A stretch of DNA of 64,000 nucleotides from Methanobacteriota archaeon (GTDB lineage: Archaea > Methanobacteriota > Methanobacteria > Methanobacteriales > Methanobacteriaceae): positions 96,001 to 160,000 of the forward strand of contig CAWBCJ010000010.1 of NCBI GenBank assembly GCA_963787255.1, in the 5' to 3' direction. The notes under the pieces were generated by a model. It saw only the letters and a list, made by a program, of their open reading frames with translations. It had not been told where the DNA came from and made no database searches. This document shows positions 63,444 to 64,000 of the stretch, one piece after another. Within the stretch, counting starts at the first letter, position 1. Every line of letters begins with the position of its first letter. The translations under genes and the position numbers were made by a program.

Positions 63444-63773
63444 GGAATCAGACGTGAATGCGCTCGCCGTCTTGGCACTGATTTTGGGGATGGGATTTGA
63501 AGACTTAAAAATAAGGAGATTTTTATCTCCTAACATTTTTAAGTGTGAGTACCTTTTTAAAAGTTTGATAGAAAAGCTTTTTAAATAGAATAAGAAATAA
63601 ATTATAATATTATTCTTAAGTAGATTGCACATTATATTGAGGTTTATTAATAGCACTGATTCAATTGTAAAAAAATGCTGTGTTTTAGTTGATTCAGTAA
63701 TTCAAACCCCTGATAAAGGCTTAAGATCCATTTCTATATTATAGCACCATACGATTTCATTAGAGGGTAAACT

Positions 63774-64000
63774 TTGAGAAGGGGAAGAAGACCAAAATGG
63801 ATGTTAAAGATAGCAGGAGAGAGAATTGATATTCTCTTTAAACTTGCAGAAGAATCCTTTGATAAACGCCCTGAAAGGTCAGATCGCTATGTTGAAATGG
63901 CAAGAAATATAGCTACCAAATATAATATGAGAATGCCAAGAATCTGGAAGAGGAGATTCTGTAAAAAATGTAATAAATTCCTAAAACCTGGAAATAACTG
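63774..64000 (+). CDS. rnp4: Ribonuclease P protein component 4 (Rpp21); 3'-truncated by window edge
   Basis: TTG start; [46 protein letters not shown]; not in the ORF track. Confidence 0.92.
   Translation, partial: MRRGRRPKWMLKIAGERIDILFKLAEESFDKRPERSDRYVEMARNIATKYNMRMPRIWKRRFCKKCNKFLKPGNN

Noticed and set aside
63438-63656. Minus-strand 72-aa ORF
   Set aside because: AT-rich chance frame running into the attC-like element; no RBS or motif.

Overview
AT-rich chromosomal segment of a Methanobacteriales archaeon, most likely Methanobacterium (mer, a pseudomurein-binding repeat protein, Methanobacterium-type 16S variable regions). Most of it is housekeeping: NcsA/ThiS tRNA thiolation, RaSEA, mer, tmk, tyrS, NMD3, aIF2-beta, MCM, RlmE, topA, aqpM, aglB, DRG GTPase, thi4, AK6, rnp4. 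It also holds one complete rRNA operon (16S - tRNA-Ala - 23S - 5S) with intact bulge-helix-bulge processing stems. The strongest candidate for something undescribed is that operon. Compared from memory with typical Methanobacterium rRNA, its core helices carry many substitutions, several compensated over long range, including a change in the near-universal 1492R site. It is preceded by four tandem ~78-bp promoter-like units whose TATA position reads TTGTAA inside a palindrome, and followed by an unannotated two-hairpin H/ACA guide RNA. A chimeric assembly or polishing artefact is a serious alternative, because two 1-nt frameshifts elsewhere point to an imperfect assembly. Other items: a bacterial-type cbrA gene followed by an attC-like site, an orphan duplicate of the TRAM-gene promoter and leader, a PAS/coiled-coil kinase lacking its phospho-His, an unannotated 37-aa very basic peptide, and a structured C/D-like intergenic RNA candidate. 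No database searches were run; family calls rest on motif recognition.
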